From an uncultured Pseudomonadales bacterium (GTDB taxonomy: Bacteria; Patescibacteriota; Microgenomatia; UBA1400; MFAQ01), in contig CAYQLI010000001.1 of assembly GCA_964418355.1 (NCBI GenBank), positions 1-30,561 of the forward strand: a stretch of DNA of 30,561 bases. Direction: 5' to 3'. Under the pieces are notes generated by a model. It was given only the letters and a program-made list of their open reading frames with translations, did not search any database and had not been told where the DNA came from. The position numbers were made by a program, and so were the translations under genes. Position 1 is the stretch's first letter, and each line of letters opens with the position of its first letter. Shown here in pieces: positions 1 through 8,279 of the stretch.

Positions 1-505
1 AAGCGATCGCCGTAGAGCGCGCTTGCCGACCGAGTTTGATGAAGGGTCCGGCGGCATACCTTTCGGTGCGGCTAATCCGCTCTCTCTCGGCGCCGATCAC
101 GGAACTACCCAAGTCACCAACAGAAAGGGCGATGCCGTCGTTGATCGCATTTTCGACAGCAGGAGAGGAAATCTTCGGCGGCGGAGTAAATTTTCCCTTG
201 TTAACCTTATCGAGAAAACTGATCCGGTAGGGATGATTAAAAAGTTCGAGGAAAAAAGATCTCAACCTCAATGTTTTTACCAAAAAATCTTGGGGTAGTA
301 GTTGAAGACTTTTGACGTCCAAATAATCATATGGCGTAAGCAACAAGCCTTGGCTGGGATAAACCTCATCACTGGTTCGGCTCAAACGGTACCAATTTTC
401 CAAAGCGGTAAAACCGTCCCTTTCCAAATATTCCGTTTTCGACTTGATGAACTTCTCACCATCTTTTGCCGACCTCAATTTATCAAAATCTGCTTTCAGT
501 GTCAT
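1..505 (-). CDS. Hypothetical protein, runs off the window start (about 168 codons visible, MTLKADFDKLRSAKDGEKF...)
   Basis: My own translation of the minus strand: ATG at 505, no stop before position 1. A -10-like TAGTAT lies 7 nt upstream. Absent from the ORF track because it has no stop in the window. Confidence 0.7.
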   Translation of the reverse strand, partial: MTLKADFDKLRSAKDGEKFIKSKTEYLERDGFTALENWYRLSRTSDEVYPSQGLLLTPYDYLDVKSLQLLPQDFLVKTLRLRSFFLELFNHPYRISFLDKVNKGKFTPPPKISSPAVENAINDGIALSVGDLGSSVIGAERERISRTERYAAGPFIKLGRQARSTAIA

Positions 506-524
506 TTCGCCTATACTATACCTT

Positions 525-1070
525 ATGGACTTTATTTATTTTGCGACCACAAACAAAGGGAAGCTAGAAGAAGCGTCCCAAATTCTTGGGACCAAAGTTG
601 AGGGAGTCAAACTAGATGTCCCGGAAATCCAGTCGCTTGATATGAGTAAGGTGGCTCTTTATAAGGCGAAGCATTATTTTGAACAGTTGAAACATCCGCT
701 TTTTGTGGAGGATACCTCCCTGATCTTTTCTGCCTTGAATGGTTTGCCCGGCCCTTACATTCGCGATATGTCCGAGGCACTGGGTAATGAAGGACTGGTC
801 AAACTACTGGCTGGGTTTTCAGACAGAAGTGCCAAGGCGGTGAGTGTTCTGGTTTATATAGATGAGTCGGGTAAGGAACATATTTTCGAGGGAGTTGTCG
901 CAGGGAAGATCGCCGACTCGGTCATGGGAGAGGGTGGCTTTGGTTGGGACCCGATCTTTGTCCCCGAGGGCCATGAAAAAACCTTTGGGCAGATGGAGCA
1001 AACGGAAAAAAATCAAATCTCAATGAGAAAAATGGCTCTCGAAAAAATGGCCGCCTTTCTGGAACTATGA
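525..1070 (+). CDS. rdgB: Non-canonical purine NTP pyrophosphatase, HAM1/RdgB/ITPA family
   Basis: Motifs FATTNKGK, PEIQ, EDTSL, LPGPYI, GFGWDPIF, KNQISMR. Start moved to MDFIYF (525), 7 nt after TATACT. Confidence 0.92.
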   Translation: MDFIYFATTNKGKLEEASQILGTKVEGVKLDVPEIQSLDMSKVALYKAKHYFEQLKHPLFVEDTSLIFSALNGLPGPYIRDMSEALGNEGLVKLLAGFSDRSAKAVSVLVYIDESGKEHIFEGVVAGKIADSVMGEGGFGWDPIFVPEGHEKTFGQMEQTEKNQISMRKMALEKMAAFLEL

Positions 1071-2749
1071 TCATTTTACTATTTATTGCTTTTATCTCGG
1101 GGCTTCTCACAATATTGGCCCCATGCATCTGGCCGATACTCCCGATCGTGCTTTCGGCTAGCTCAACCGGAGGAAGGAGTAAACCTCTGGGGATCACCTT
1201 GGGGATATTGATCAGTTTCACTGTTTTTACCCTGACTCTTTCTTATCTCGTTTCGATATTCCATTTTGACCCAAATACATTGCGATCGGTGGCGGTAGTC
1301 GTCTTGACCTTGCTGGGTTTGTCGCTGGTGATACCGCGTTTTTCGGCACTGATTGAAATTGGGGTCGGCCGACTAAGCAACCTTTTTGGTCCTGGCTCCG
1401 GGACGACCCGGACAGGTTTCTTTGGTGGTTTGGTCACCGGGGTTTCGCTGGGAATTGTCTGGGCTCCCTGCGCCGGGCCGATTCTAGCTTCGATCGCCGC
1501 CCTGGCGGCAACCCAAATGGTGACCACCCGGGTAGTGTTGGTGACGGCAGCCTATATGGTCGGGACAGGAATTCCCCTATTCATCTTTGCGACGGTTGGG
1601 TCGAACTTATTGACCAGGACCCGTTCCCTATCGCCATACCTGGGAAGAATTCAACAGTTTTTCGGAATCGTCATTATAGTGACCGCCCTGGCGATCTTTA
1701 CTAATTACGACAAGGTGATCCAAGCAAAACTTCTGGATTCATTTCCGGGATATTCTAATTTCTTGTTTAAGCTGGAACAGAACAAAAGGGTCAGGGAAGA
1801 GCTGGACGTATTGCGCGGTCGGCCGAGTCGGACCGAGAGCCGATCCTTTCTTTCCGATCTCGGAGAGGCGCCTGATTTCATGGGGGTTAACCGGTGGCTC
1901 AACAGCGAACCACTGACCATGTCAAAACTTCGGGGCAAGGTGGTGTTGGTGGATTTTTGGACCTATACCTGTATTAACTGTATCCGAACATTGCCTTATG
2001 TTACCGGGTGGTATGAGAAATACAAAGACAAGGGTTTGGTGGTCGTCGGGGTCCACACGCCGGAGTTTGAATTCGAGAAAAAGACAGAAAATGTCGAGAA
2101 AGCCATCTCGATGTACAAAATAAATTACCCGGTAGCCCAAGATAATGATTATGCGACTTGGAATAACTTCGACAACCTTTATTGGCCGGCCAAGTACCTG
2201 ATTGATAAAAACGGCCGGATCAGGCTGACTCATTTTGGAGAGGGGGAATACGAGCAGATGGAAAGAGCGATCCAGTCCTTACTAGCCGAGACTGGTGCCG
2301 AGGTAACTGCCGAAGTTCTCGATCTTCCCGACCTGACACCCATAACCCGGATGACTCCGGAGATATATCTGGGGTTGGCCAGAATGGATGGACTCGTTTC
2401 CAAAGAAAGTCCAAAGACTGGCACAAACGTTTTTAGCCTCTCGGCCAACCTCCCAAGAGACTCCTTTTCCTTCGGCGGGACTTGGACATTAACCCGGGAG
2501 TATGCCCAAAGCGAGGCTGGGTCGGTTCTTGATCTAAAATTTTATGCCAAACAAGTATTTCTGGTCATCACCCCGGGGGAAAAAGGCGATAAGATCGGAG
2601 TCTTTCTTGACGGGAAAAAGATTTCTGACCTCATCCTGGACGAAGCAAGACTTTATGAGCTGATCAGTCTGCCTGCGCAAGGAGAACATCTTTTGCACCT
2701 GGAATTCAGAGATCCGGGGATACAAATTTTTGCTTTCACCTTCGGCTAA
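1067..2749 (+). CDS. dipZ: Cytochrome c biogenesis protein DipZ (CcdA/DsbD membrane domain + thioredoxin-like domain + C-terminal beta domain)
   Basis: Hydrophobic N-terminal half with PCIWP and WAPCAGP cysteines; VVLVDFWTYTCINC redoxin motif; VHTPEF; YWPAKYLID. Confidence 0.92.
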   Translation: MIILLFIAFISGLLTILAPCIWPILPIVLSASSTGGRSKPLGITLGILISFTVFTLTLSYLVSIFHFDPNTLRSVAVVVLTLLGLSLVIPRFSALIEIGVGRLSNLFGPGSGTTRTGFFGGLVTGVSLGIVWAPCAGPILASIAALAATQMVTTRVVLVTAAYMVGTGIPLFIFATVGSNLLTRTRSLSPYLGRIQQFFGIVIIVTALAIFTNYDKVIQAKLLDSFPGYSNFLFKLEQNKRVREELDVLRGRPSRTESRSFLSDLGEAPDFMGVNRWLNSEPLTMSKLRGKVVLVDFWTYTCINCIRTLPYVTGWYEKYKDKGLVVVGVHTPEFEFEKKTENVEKAISMYKINYPVAQDNDYATWNNFDNLYWPAKYLIDKNGRIRLTHFGEGEYEQMERAIQSLLAETGAEVTAEVLDLPDLTPITRMTPEIYLGLARMDGLVSKESPKTGTNVFSLSANLPRDSFSFGGTWTLTREYAQSEAGSVLDLKFYAKQVFLVITPGEKGDKIGVFLDGKKISDLILDEARLYELISLPAQGEHLLHLEFRDPGIQIFAFTFG

Positions 2750-3585
2750 TTCACCGCAATGGCCTTTTCCATCTGCGAGAGCATCTCACCGACTTTGACA
2801 AAAGTGTAGCCATTCTGATTGGCATAACTAATTATTTCCGGTAGGGCCCCGGCAACATCAGAGTCTATCTCTCCACCGTTAAGGTGGAGCAAGATGATAG
2901 CCCCGGGGTGAATCTGTTCTTTGAGGGAGGCGATCAGAGCTTCTTTTGATTTGCCATAAGCATCTTGCGGATCAGTGTCCCAATGGACAACGGTGAGACC
3001 AAAGCCTTTTGCTATCTCTAGATCTTTGGGGGTAAAACAGCCGCCGGGGAAGCGAAAAAGCCGGGGCAGATAGCCAATGACGTCAGCGATGGCCGCCTGG
3101 GAAAGTAAAAATTCTGACTCGTGCTGACCTTCTTCAATACTTTGCAAATTGGTGCAGGCCTTCGAAAAGGCAGGGTGAGAAAAAGAGTGATTGCCGATCT
3201 CAAAAAGATAATTCCTGGAAAGATCTTTGAGGATTTCTTCGTGATTTTTCGCCCACTGACCGGTGACAAAAATGGTGGCGGGAATATTCTCTTCGGTGAG
3301 AATTTCAACTATCTTTTCTTGGTAAAGAAATTCCCGTCTTTGTTCAGATTTCTTGATGCCAAAACCGGCATCGGCATCGAAAGTCAGAGCGAGCGCCTTG
3401 ACATCGGCAAGGCCATGTTTGATAACAGTGTCGTAAATCGGTTTAAATTCCGGTTGCTCAGGAAGAATGTCAATCGTCTGGGAGAGGACGGTTGGTCTGG
3501 TCGAAAGATGAGGGAGACGAAAGATAACGAAACCTGAAAGAAAGATAATGACCAAGGATCCAGCTAATAAATATCTATCTTTCAT
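2746..3585 (-). CDS. Polysaccharide deacetylase (CE4/NodB-like) with N-terminal membrane anchor
   Basis: LTFDAD, GNHSFSH, LFRFPGG, IILLH motifs. Start at MKDRYLL (3585), 8 nt after TACAAT. Confidence 0.88.
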   Translation of the reverse strand: MKDRYLLAGSLVIIFLSGFVIFRLPHLSTRPTVLSQTIDILPEQPEFKPIYDTVIKHGLADVKALALTFDADAGFGIKKSEQRREFLYQEKIVEILTEENIPATIFVTGQWAKNHEEILKDLSRNYLFEIGNHSFSHPAFSKACTNLQSIEEGQHESEFLLSQAAIADVIGYLPRLFRFPGGCFTPKDLEIAKGFGLTVVHWDTDPQDAYGKSKEALIASLKEQIHPGAIILLHLNGGEIDSDVAGALPEIISYANQNGYTFVKVGEMLSQMEKAIAVN

Positions 3586-3634
3586 TGACGGACATTGTAT
3601 GACATTTGAGATTTTTTTATAGTAGCAAAAAGGA

Positions 3635-4738
3635 CTACTTTTTTGTTTTTCCAATCAGCGGAAGGGTAACCATGAAAGAAGTCAGGCCGTTTTCATCGGG
3701 ACTCTTAAAGGTTACTTGCCAACCAAAATTTTCACTGATGATTTTGACGATATAGAGTCCCAAACCGGAACCGGGGGTGTTCCGTTCGATAGCATTGGCG
3801 CCACGGTGCAGTTTGGTAAATATCAATGATTGGTCTTCGGTAGCAATTGCCGGCCCATTATTGCTGACGGAGAAGACATAATTATCATCGTATTTTTTCA
3901 GGAGGAGGCGAACCTCTCCATTGGTTGGATCACAGTAACAGGCAGCATTGGAAATTAGATTTTCAAAAACCTGCAACATAAGTGTCTTGGCCAAAGTCTT
4001 GTAGGGAAAGACTCCAGAATAATCTTTGTTAAATTCTACGCCTGGATTTTGGGCTTTAACTCGTTCGACGATACGTCCGATCTCATCTGCCAGATCAGTT
4101 TGTTCCTCTTTTTCGGCGGTGCGACCGACACGGGTGACAATAAGGAAGTCACTGATCAGATCTATCAGGGCATGATCATGTTTGGCAATCTCTTCGATAT
4201 TAGCAAGCTGCCTTTCTTTGAGTTCATCCTCTTTGATCAGAGTTTCGGTTAGCCAACGAATGGCTGTCAGCGGATTTCTTAGTTGATGTGCCAGCAGGGA
4301 CATAAATTCACGTTGGAGGATCTCTTTATCTTTTCTTTGGGTGATGTCCGGTTCGATGCTAACAAAAAACTTGACTGCGCCTTTTTCGTCAAGGATCGGA
4401 GAGATGATGATCTCCTGCCAATATTCCGTGCCATCTTTTTTGACGTTTTTTACCTCGCCCACATAGAGCGTTTTTTCATCTTTGATGGTATGCCACATTT
4501 TTTCATAGACATCATCAGTCATTCTTCCTCCCCAAAGATCGCCGGGATTTTTACCAATTACTTCCGCGACAGAATAACCTGTCTGTCTTTCGACCTGTTT
4601 GTTGGCATAAAGAATGTTCGCATTGGCGTCGGTAATGATCGCATGGCAGCCCAAAAGCTCCACTGCACGGCCTAGGGAAAAGATTTCTTTCTGGAGCTTA
4701 CTTAGTTCCTCAGCGGAAATATTATTTCGAATCGCCAC
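3635..4738 (-). CDS. Cytoplasmic PAS-domain sensor histidine kinase (PAS-HisKA-HATPase)
   Basis: PAS (ITDANANILYAN...TGYSVAEVIGKNP...DIT), H box AHQLRNPL, N box NLISNA, G2 box GSGLGL. Confidence 0.9.
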   Translation of the reverse strand: MAIRNNISAEELSKLQKEIFSLGRAVELLGCHAIITDANANILYANKQVERQTGYSVAEVIGKNPGDLWGGRMTDDVYEKMWHTIKDEKTLYVGEVKNVKKDGTEYWQEIIISPILDEKGAVKFFVSIEPDITQRKDKEILQREFMSLLAHQLRNPLTAIRWLTETLIKEDELKERQLANIEEIAKHDHALIDLISDFLIVTRVGRTAEKEEQTDLADEIGRIVERVKAQNPGVEFNKDYSGVFPYKTLAKTLMLQVFENLISNAACYCDPTNGEVRLLLKKYDDNYVFSVSNNGPAIATEDQSLIFTKLHRGANAIERNTPGSGLGLYIVKIISENFGWQVTFKSPDENGLTSFMVTLPLIGKTKK

Positions 4739-4758
4739 CTACACTCATTTAGACATTT

Positions 4759-4872
4759 TTAGTTAAGTTTTTCAACTAATCCTCCGAAAAAGGAAAGAGA
4801 CCTCATTGCTGAAGTCTCATTTTCCCGAAAACTTATTGCTAAGCTTTCTAACCTTATATTGCTATAAGGCTA
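4759..4872 (-). ncRNA. Candidate structured leader/ncRNA: three abutting GCAA-tetraloop hairpins plus a further stem
   Basis: Stems at 4849-4872, 4827-4848 and 4792-4826, each closing A-GCAA-T; TTAGTT/AACTAA stem at 4759-4779. Read by eye. Confidence 0.5.
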
Positions 4873-4903
4873 ACTTCTAGTAAATCACCCCAAGATACCG
4901 GTG

Positions 4904-5260
4904 TCAAGAGCGAATGATGGTGTGCTCGAACCACTTTTCCTGAAAAGCAGTCGCCGTCTCGATTTCTTCGTCAGTCACTGACTCACCTTCCGGGACAACC
5001 ACCAATTTGTCATCGTCATCTTCGGTTCTATGGACAATGGCAACGACAACTCCGGTAAATGTATCCAAGGGTTTGTCCACTTTGAGGATGTAAGCATCAA
5101 GTTCTTCACCATCAGGAGCGACAATGCCTTCAATATAGCCATAATTCACGCCATACTCAAAGCCCCACTTGGGGTGTTTCGTCCCCAGAGGGCGGTCGAT
5201 CTTTACCGTTACCGTTTTGTTTAATAAAGTCCTACTAAGCGCCAGCGATTTTGAGTCCAT
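4904..5260 (-). CDS. Short family-I inorganic pyrophosphatase
   Basis: YGVNYGYI, DGEELDAY, DDDKLVVV acidic motifs. Confidence 0.88.
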   Translation of the reverse strand: MDSKSLALSRTLLNKTVTVKIDRPLGTKHPKWGFEYGVNYGYIEGIVAPDGEELDAYILKVDKPLDTFTGVVVAIVHRTEDDDDKLVVVPEGESVTDEEIETATAFQEKWFEHTIIRS

Positions 5261-5326
5261 AGTTATTTTTTCTTGTTTCTAAAGTTTTCACCCGTATATT
5301 TTACCAGTATGTTAATATTGTTTCGA

Positions 5327-6394
5327 ATGTCTAGTGAGAGATTGGCTTTGGAACAAGTTTTGGCAAAATTAGGGGAGGTTGGAAACAACATAGATCGATA
5401 TTTTAGTGATTATCCATACGCGCTGATGGAGACACTGAGATCATTTGTTGAATTTTTTCAGGAATCCAGGACAAAGGAGGCTGTTTGGGAACATTATAAA
5501 GACAAACTACTAAGCGATCTAGAAAATTATGAAGAAGGTCAGATACACTTCCGGGCTGATGAATATTATGACGCGTTGAAAGGGGAAGTGGCAGGATACC
5601 GGGTGGGTTTCCTGGCGATTGGATTTACTGAGGCAGAATTTGCGACTTGGGAGGCCGAAGCAAGAGGGAGGGTAATTGCCCGAGAAGAACAAAGAAAAAG
5701 AGAACACGAAGAAAGAGAGGCCGCCTTTCTAAGAATTCCTCCCCAGAGAAGAATATTAAACGAGATTGATGAAAAACGTAAAACAGGAGAAAAACACCTT
5801 CCTGACAAGGGTGATCTGGCTTGCGTCGAAACACTCGATAGGGTCGCTACCTTCCTGGAAGAAGATCGAACGGTTGAGGAGGTGTTAGATCATTTTAGAG
5901 AAGAGTATTACGATATCTTGGATAGGTGCGTTCTTTACAGTTTTTCTCCCTACGGCAAAGAGGAGTACGGGGAAGTTGTTTTCGGTAAAAGGTGGGGATT
6001 TGACACAGCCTTTAGGATCCTGAGACTTAAAAATGGAAGGATCGAACAAATGTGCGACCGGGCCAAGGAGAGGGTTCGGCCACAACTTGAAGAAATGGTC
6101 AGGAGAGAGAAGGAAAATCAGCATAAATTAACTAAAGAGGAATTCATCCAGGCTCTTAGAGATTTTGCCGAAAAGTTGCCTTCCAAAGTTTCTGAGTTTG
6201 TGGGCGCCGAAGAAGGATGGTTGGGATATATTGCGAATAATTCTGTCAATGAGGGGTTTTATTTGTATCTCAGGGAGGATGGCCTTCCTACCTGGAGTAC
6301 CTGCAATATTAAGGAAATTAATCACGATACCGGAATGCCCTTTGGAAGTGATTGGCTGGCCCATTCAATCTTTGAGTGGTCGATAGGAAGATAG
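5327..6394 (+). CDS. Hypothetical charged helical protein with an internal duplication
   Basis: Long ORF filling the gap between neighbours; start at MSSERL; no family motif recognised. Confidence 0.7.
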   Translation: MSSERLALEQVLAKLGEVGNNIDRYFSDYPYALMETLRSFVEFFQESRTKEAVWEHYKDKLLSDLENYEEGQIHFRADEYYDALKGEVAGYRVGFLAIGFTEAEFATWEAEARGRVIAREEQRKREHEEREAAFLRIPPQRRILNEIDEKRKTGEKHLPDKGDLACVETLDRVATFLEEDRTVEEVLDHFREEYYDILDRCVLYSFSPYGKEEYGEVVFGKRWGFDTAFRILRLKNGRIEQMCDRAKERVRPQLEEMVRREKENQHKLTKEEFIQALRDFAEKLPSKVSEFVGAEEGWLGYIANNSVNEGFYLYLREDGLPTWSTCNIKEINHDTGMPFGSDWLAHSIFEWSIGR

Positions 6395-6835
6395 TCAGCG
6401 GTCAATAATTCCATCAACGGCGGCCTCTCGTTCTTCATAATTTAGTTTCTTATCATAAGTGGCGAGATGTAAGAGTTCGTGAATGATAGTATCGGCCAAG
6501 TTTTTTTCGTCACCATAATCGACCAACCGAACGTGAATAGAATTGGCATTGGGATCGAACCAACCCTCGCAGGAAATGCCATGGGTAAAGCAAGTGACGT
6601 TTCCTAAATCTCTTAGATGATTCTTTTTGAAAATTTCTTCCACTTTCGGACTGATTTTTGTCCAAACTGTTTCTACGTCTTTTAGTGAATTATTCTTTCT
6701 CTTCGAATATCTAAAAATGTTACCAGGAAAGGGCCAAACCACAGAACGAAGATTTCTGTAATCATTGAAGTGAAGAACCATATTGATGGCCTCTTTGATT
6801 TCTTCGAAAAAGCTATAGGAAAAGACAAGATTCAT
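6395..6835 (-). CDS. Small HExxH zinc-metallopeptidase-like protein
   Basis: IIHELLHL followed by YEEREA; start at MNLVFS. Confidence 0.6.
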   Translation of the reverse strand: MNLVFSYSFFEEIKEAINMVLHFNDYRNLRSVVWPFPGNIFRYSKRKNNSLKDVETVWTKISPKVEEIFKKNHLRDLGNVTCFTHGISCEGWFDPNANSIHVRLVDYGDEKNLADTIIHELLHLATYDKKLNYEEREAAVDGIIDR

Positions 6836-6842
6836 GGATAGA

Positions 6843-7097
6843 CTATGCAGTTTTTGAAGCGCTAGCCCCCGATGTCTTCTTTGGAACTTTGACATAAATT
6901 CCCACCATATTCATGCTTTCGCCTTCAGGAGTTGCACAAGAGCCTAGTACAATTTCTCCTTGCCCGACCTCTTCTTTTATGCCCCTATTAGCAATCTCGG
7001 GAGCTTCGGGGTCATAAATATAGTCTTGGTCCCAAATCAAGCCAAATTCTCCAGCGTTCTCTGGTGTGATATCAGTATTTACAGTTATTTTTGTCAT
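6843..7097 (-). CDS. Hypothetical protein (84 aa)
   Basis: ATG-started ORF packed co-directionally with its neighbours; no motif recognised. Confidence 0.6.
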   Translation of the reverse strand: MTKITVNTDITPENAGEFGLIWDQDYIYDPEAPEIANRGIKEEVGQGEIVLGSCATPEGESMNMVGIYVKVPKKTSGASASKTA

Positions 7098-7131
7098 GTC
7101 TTTTAAGGGTGGTCAAATGGGGAATCGTAAA

Positions 7132-7476
7132 TTATTTTGATTTTTCAGAAGCCTCTTCGAGTTTTATTCCTCTCTCGTCAGCAACCTTCTTAGCATAATT
7201 ATGAATCTCTCTCAAGGCAGATAATATGAAATCATGTGGCTTAGGCTGACGAAGATACCAGTCTAACTCGAGTGCGTAGTCAGTGGCCGTTTCAAAATCA
7301 CCTTGATCGTGTATTTTTAGGTCGATATACCGCCTGTTTAACTGTCCACAATAATACGAAAAATCGTCTAATGATATTTTGTAGTTGGTGAAATCTTTAT
7401 AAATATCCAAGAAAATACTTTCGAGTTCGTTAAGATTTTCTGTTTTTTTTATATTTTCCAGTAGTTTATCTTCCAT
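7132..7476 (-). CDS. Hypothetical protein (114 aa), AT-rich
   Basis: ATG-started ORF packed with its neighbours; no motif recognised. Confidence 0.65.
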   Translation of the reverse strand: MEDKLLENIKKTENLNELESIFLDIYKDFTNYKISLDDFSYYCGQLNRRYIDLKIHDQGDFETATDYALELDWYLRQPKPHDFILSALREIHNYAKKVADERGIKLEEASEKSK

Positions 7477-7524
7477 GTTGATCTTAATTAAAAGATTATG
7501 TTATTAACTCAGATTATAAAGGTT

Positions 7525-7554
7525 TTATGCCAGGCCTTTTTTGGCCTGGCATAA
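7525..7554. terminator. Perfect 12-bp stem-loop (TTATGCCAGGCC-N6-GGCCTGGCATAA), probable terminator or 3'-end structure
   Basis: Inverted repeat 3 nt beyond the TAA at 7560-7558; no strong U tract. Confidence 0.55.
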
Positions 7555-7557
7555 TAG

Positions 7558-8279
7558 TTAGTTGGCATCATTTGGAGGTTCGTGCCGGTCAGGATGGCCT
7601 TTGGGAAGATCCTGATTCGTCCAATGTTCTCCTTTGCGGCCTGGGTTATCCCAAGAGATGCGATGTGGATCGTCATACCTTTGTGTTGTATGGTGGTGTC
7701 CATCATCATCGATCTCCATTTTCGAACGGGTCGCTTTGTCGTATCAACGATGGTTCCCCGCTTGCTCTTGCAGGATTGACATCGGGTTGGCGGATGCGAC
7801 CACTCGCAGTGGGCGCGAACCATTGTCCCACAGCCTGCGCCGCAAGGATATTCGTACCAGCCCTTGCAGGTCTTGCAGTACTTTGGCGGGTCTGTCCACC
7901 TGCAACTTGCCTGGAACTGCTGACCACAATGGGGGTTCTGGCATGTGGTCGTGTACCAGCCCTTGCATTGGCAGTAGTCAGGGATGTGGTCCCAGAAAAC
8001 TTTGTAGCGGACCGTGCCGCTGCAGTGCGGATTGGCGCAAGACTTGTACTGGTCTTTGCGGCAATTCTCACAGTAGTCTGGAACATGTGACCAGTCGGTT
8101 CGATACTCGATGGTGCTGTAACAGTTGCGACAGGCTTTTTCGGACCAACGATCGTCTCGCCCTCCAACACAATGAGGAGCGCGGCAAGGTCCTCCTTTCC
8201 ATGTATTTCCCAAGGCTCTTCCGAGGTCGGTTCTGGGGCCATACCAACCAGAACCGCCACACTTTCGACAAACGTGCAT
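7558..8279 (-). CDS. Cys-rich protein: CxxCxGxG-type N-terminus + four zinc-ribbon repeats, apparently frameshifted near 7746-7717 into a His/Asp-rich tail
   Basis: AGGAG 8 nt before ATG 8279; repeated C-x2-4-C...W-x-x-x-P-x-x-C-x1-2-C units; the -1 frame is open from 7743 to 7558 and stops just before the hairpin. Confidence 0.65.

Noticed and set aside
444-524. N-terminal extension of the rdgB ORF (also similar extensions at 3586-3654, 12343-12378, 21001-21045)
   Set aside because: These overlap neighbouring genes or promoters; family homology and -10 boxes point to downstream starts.
4759-4872. Reading the GCAA hairpins as a CRISPR array or a known riboswitch/ribozyme
   Set aside because: Stems are not identical repeats, there are no spacers or cas genes, and no hammerhead, twister, c-di-GMP or c-di-AMP core was found.
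7744-7746. TGA readthrough or recoding (code 4/25) as the explanation for the split Cys-rich gene
   Set aside because: TGA ends clear genes in this window (rdgB, PPase, APH kinase), and the repeats are in a different frame from this TGA, so a frame change is needed anyway.
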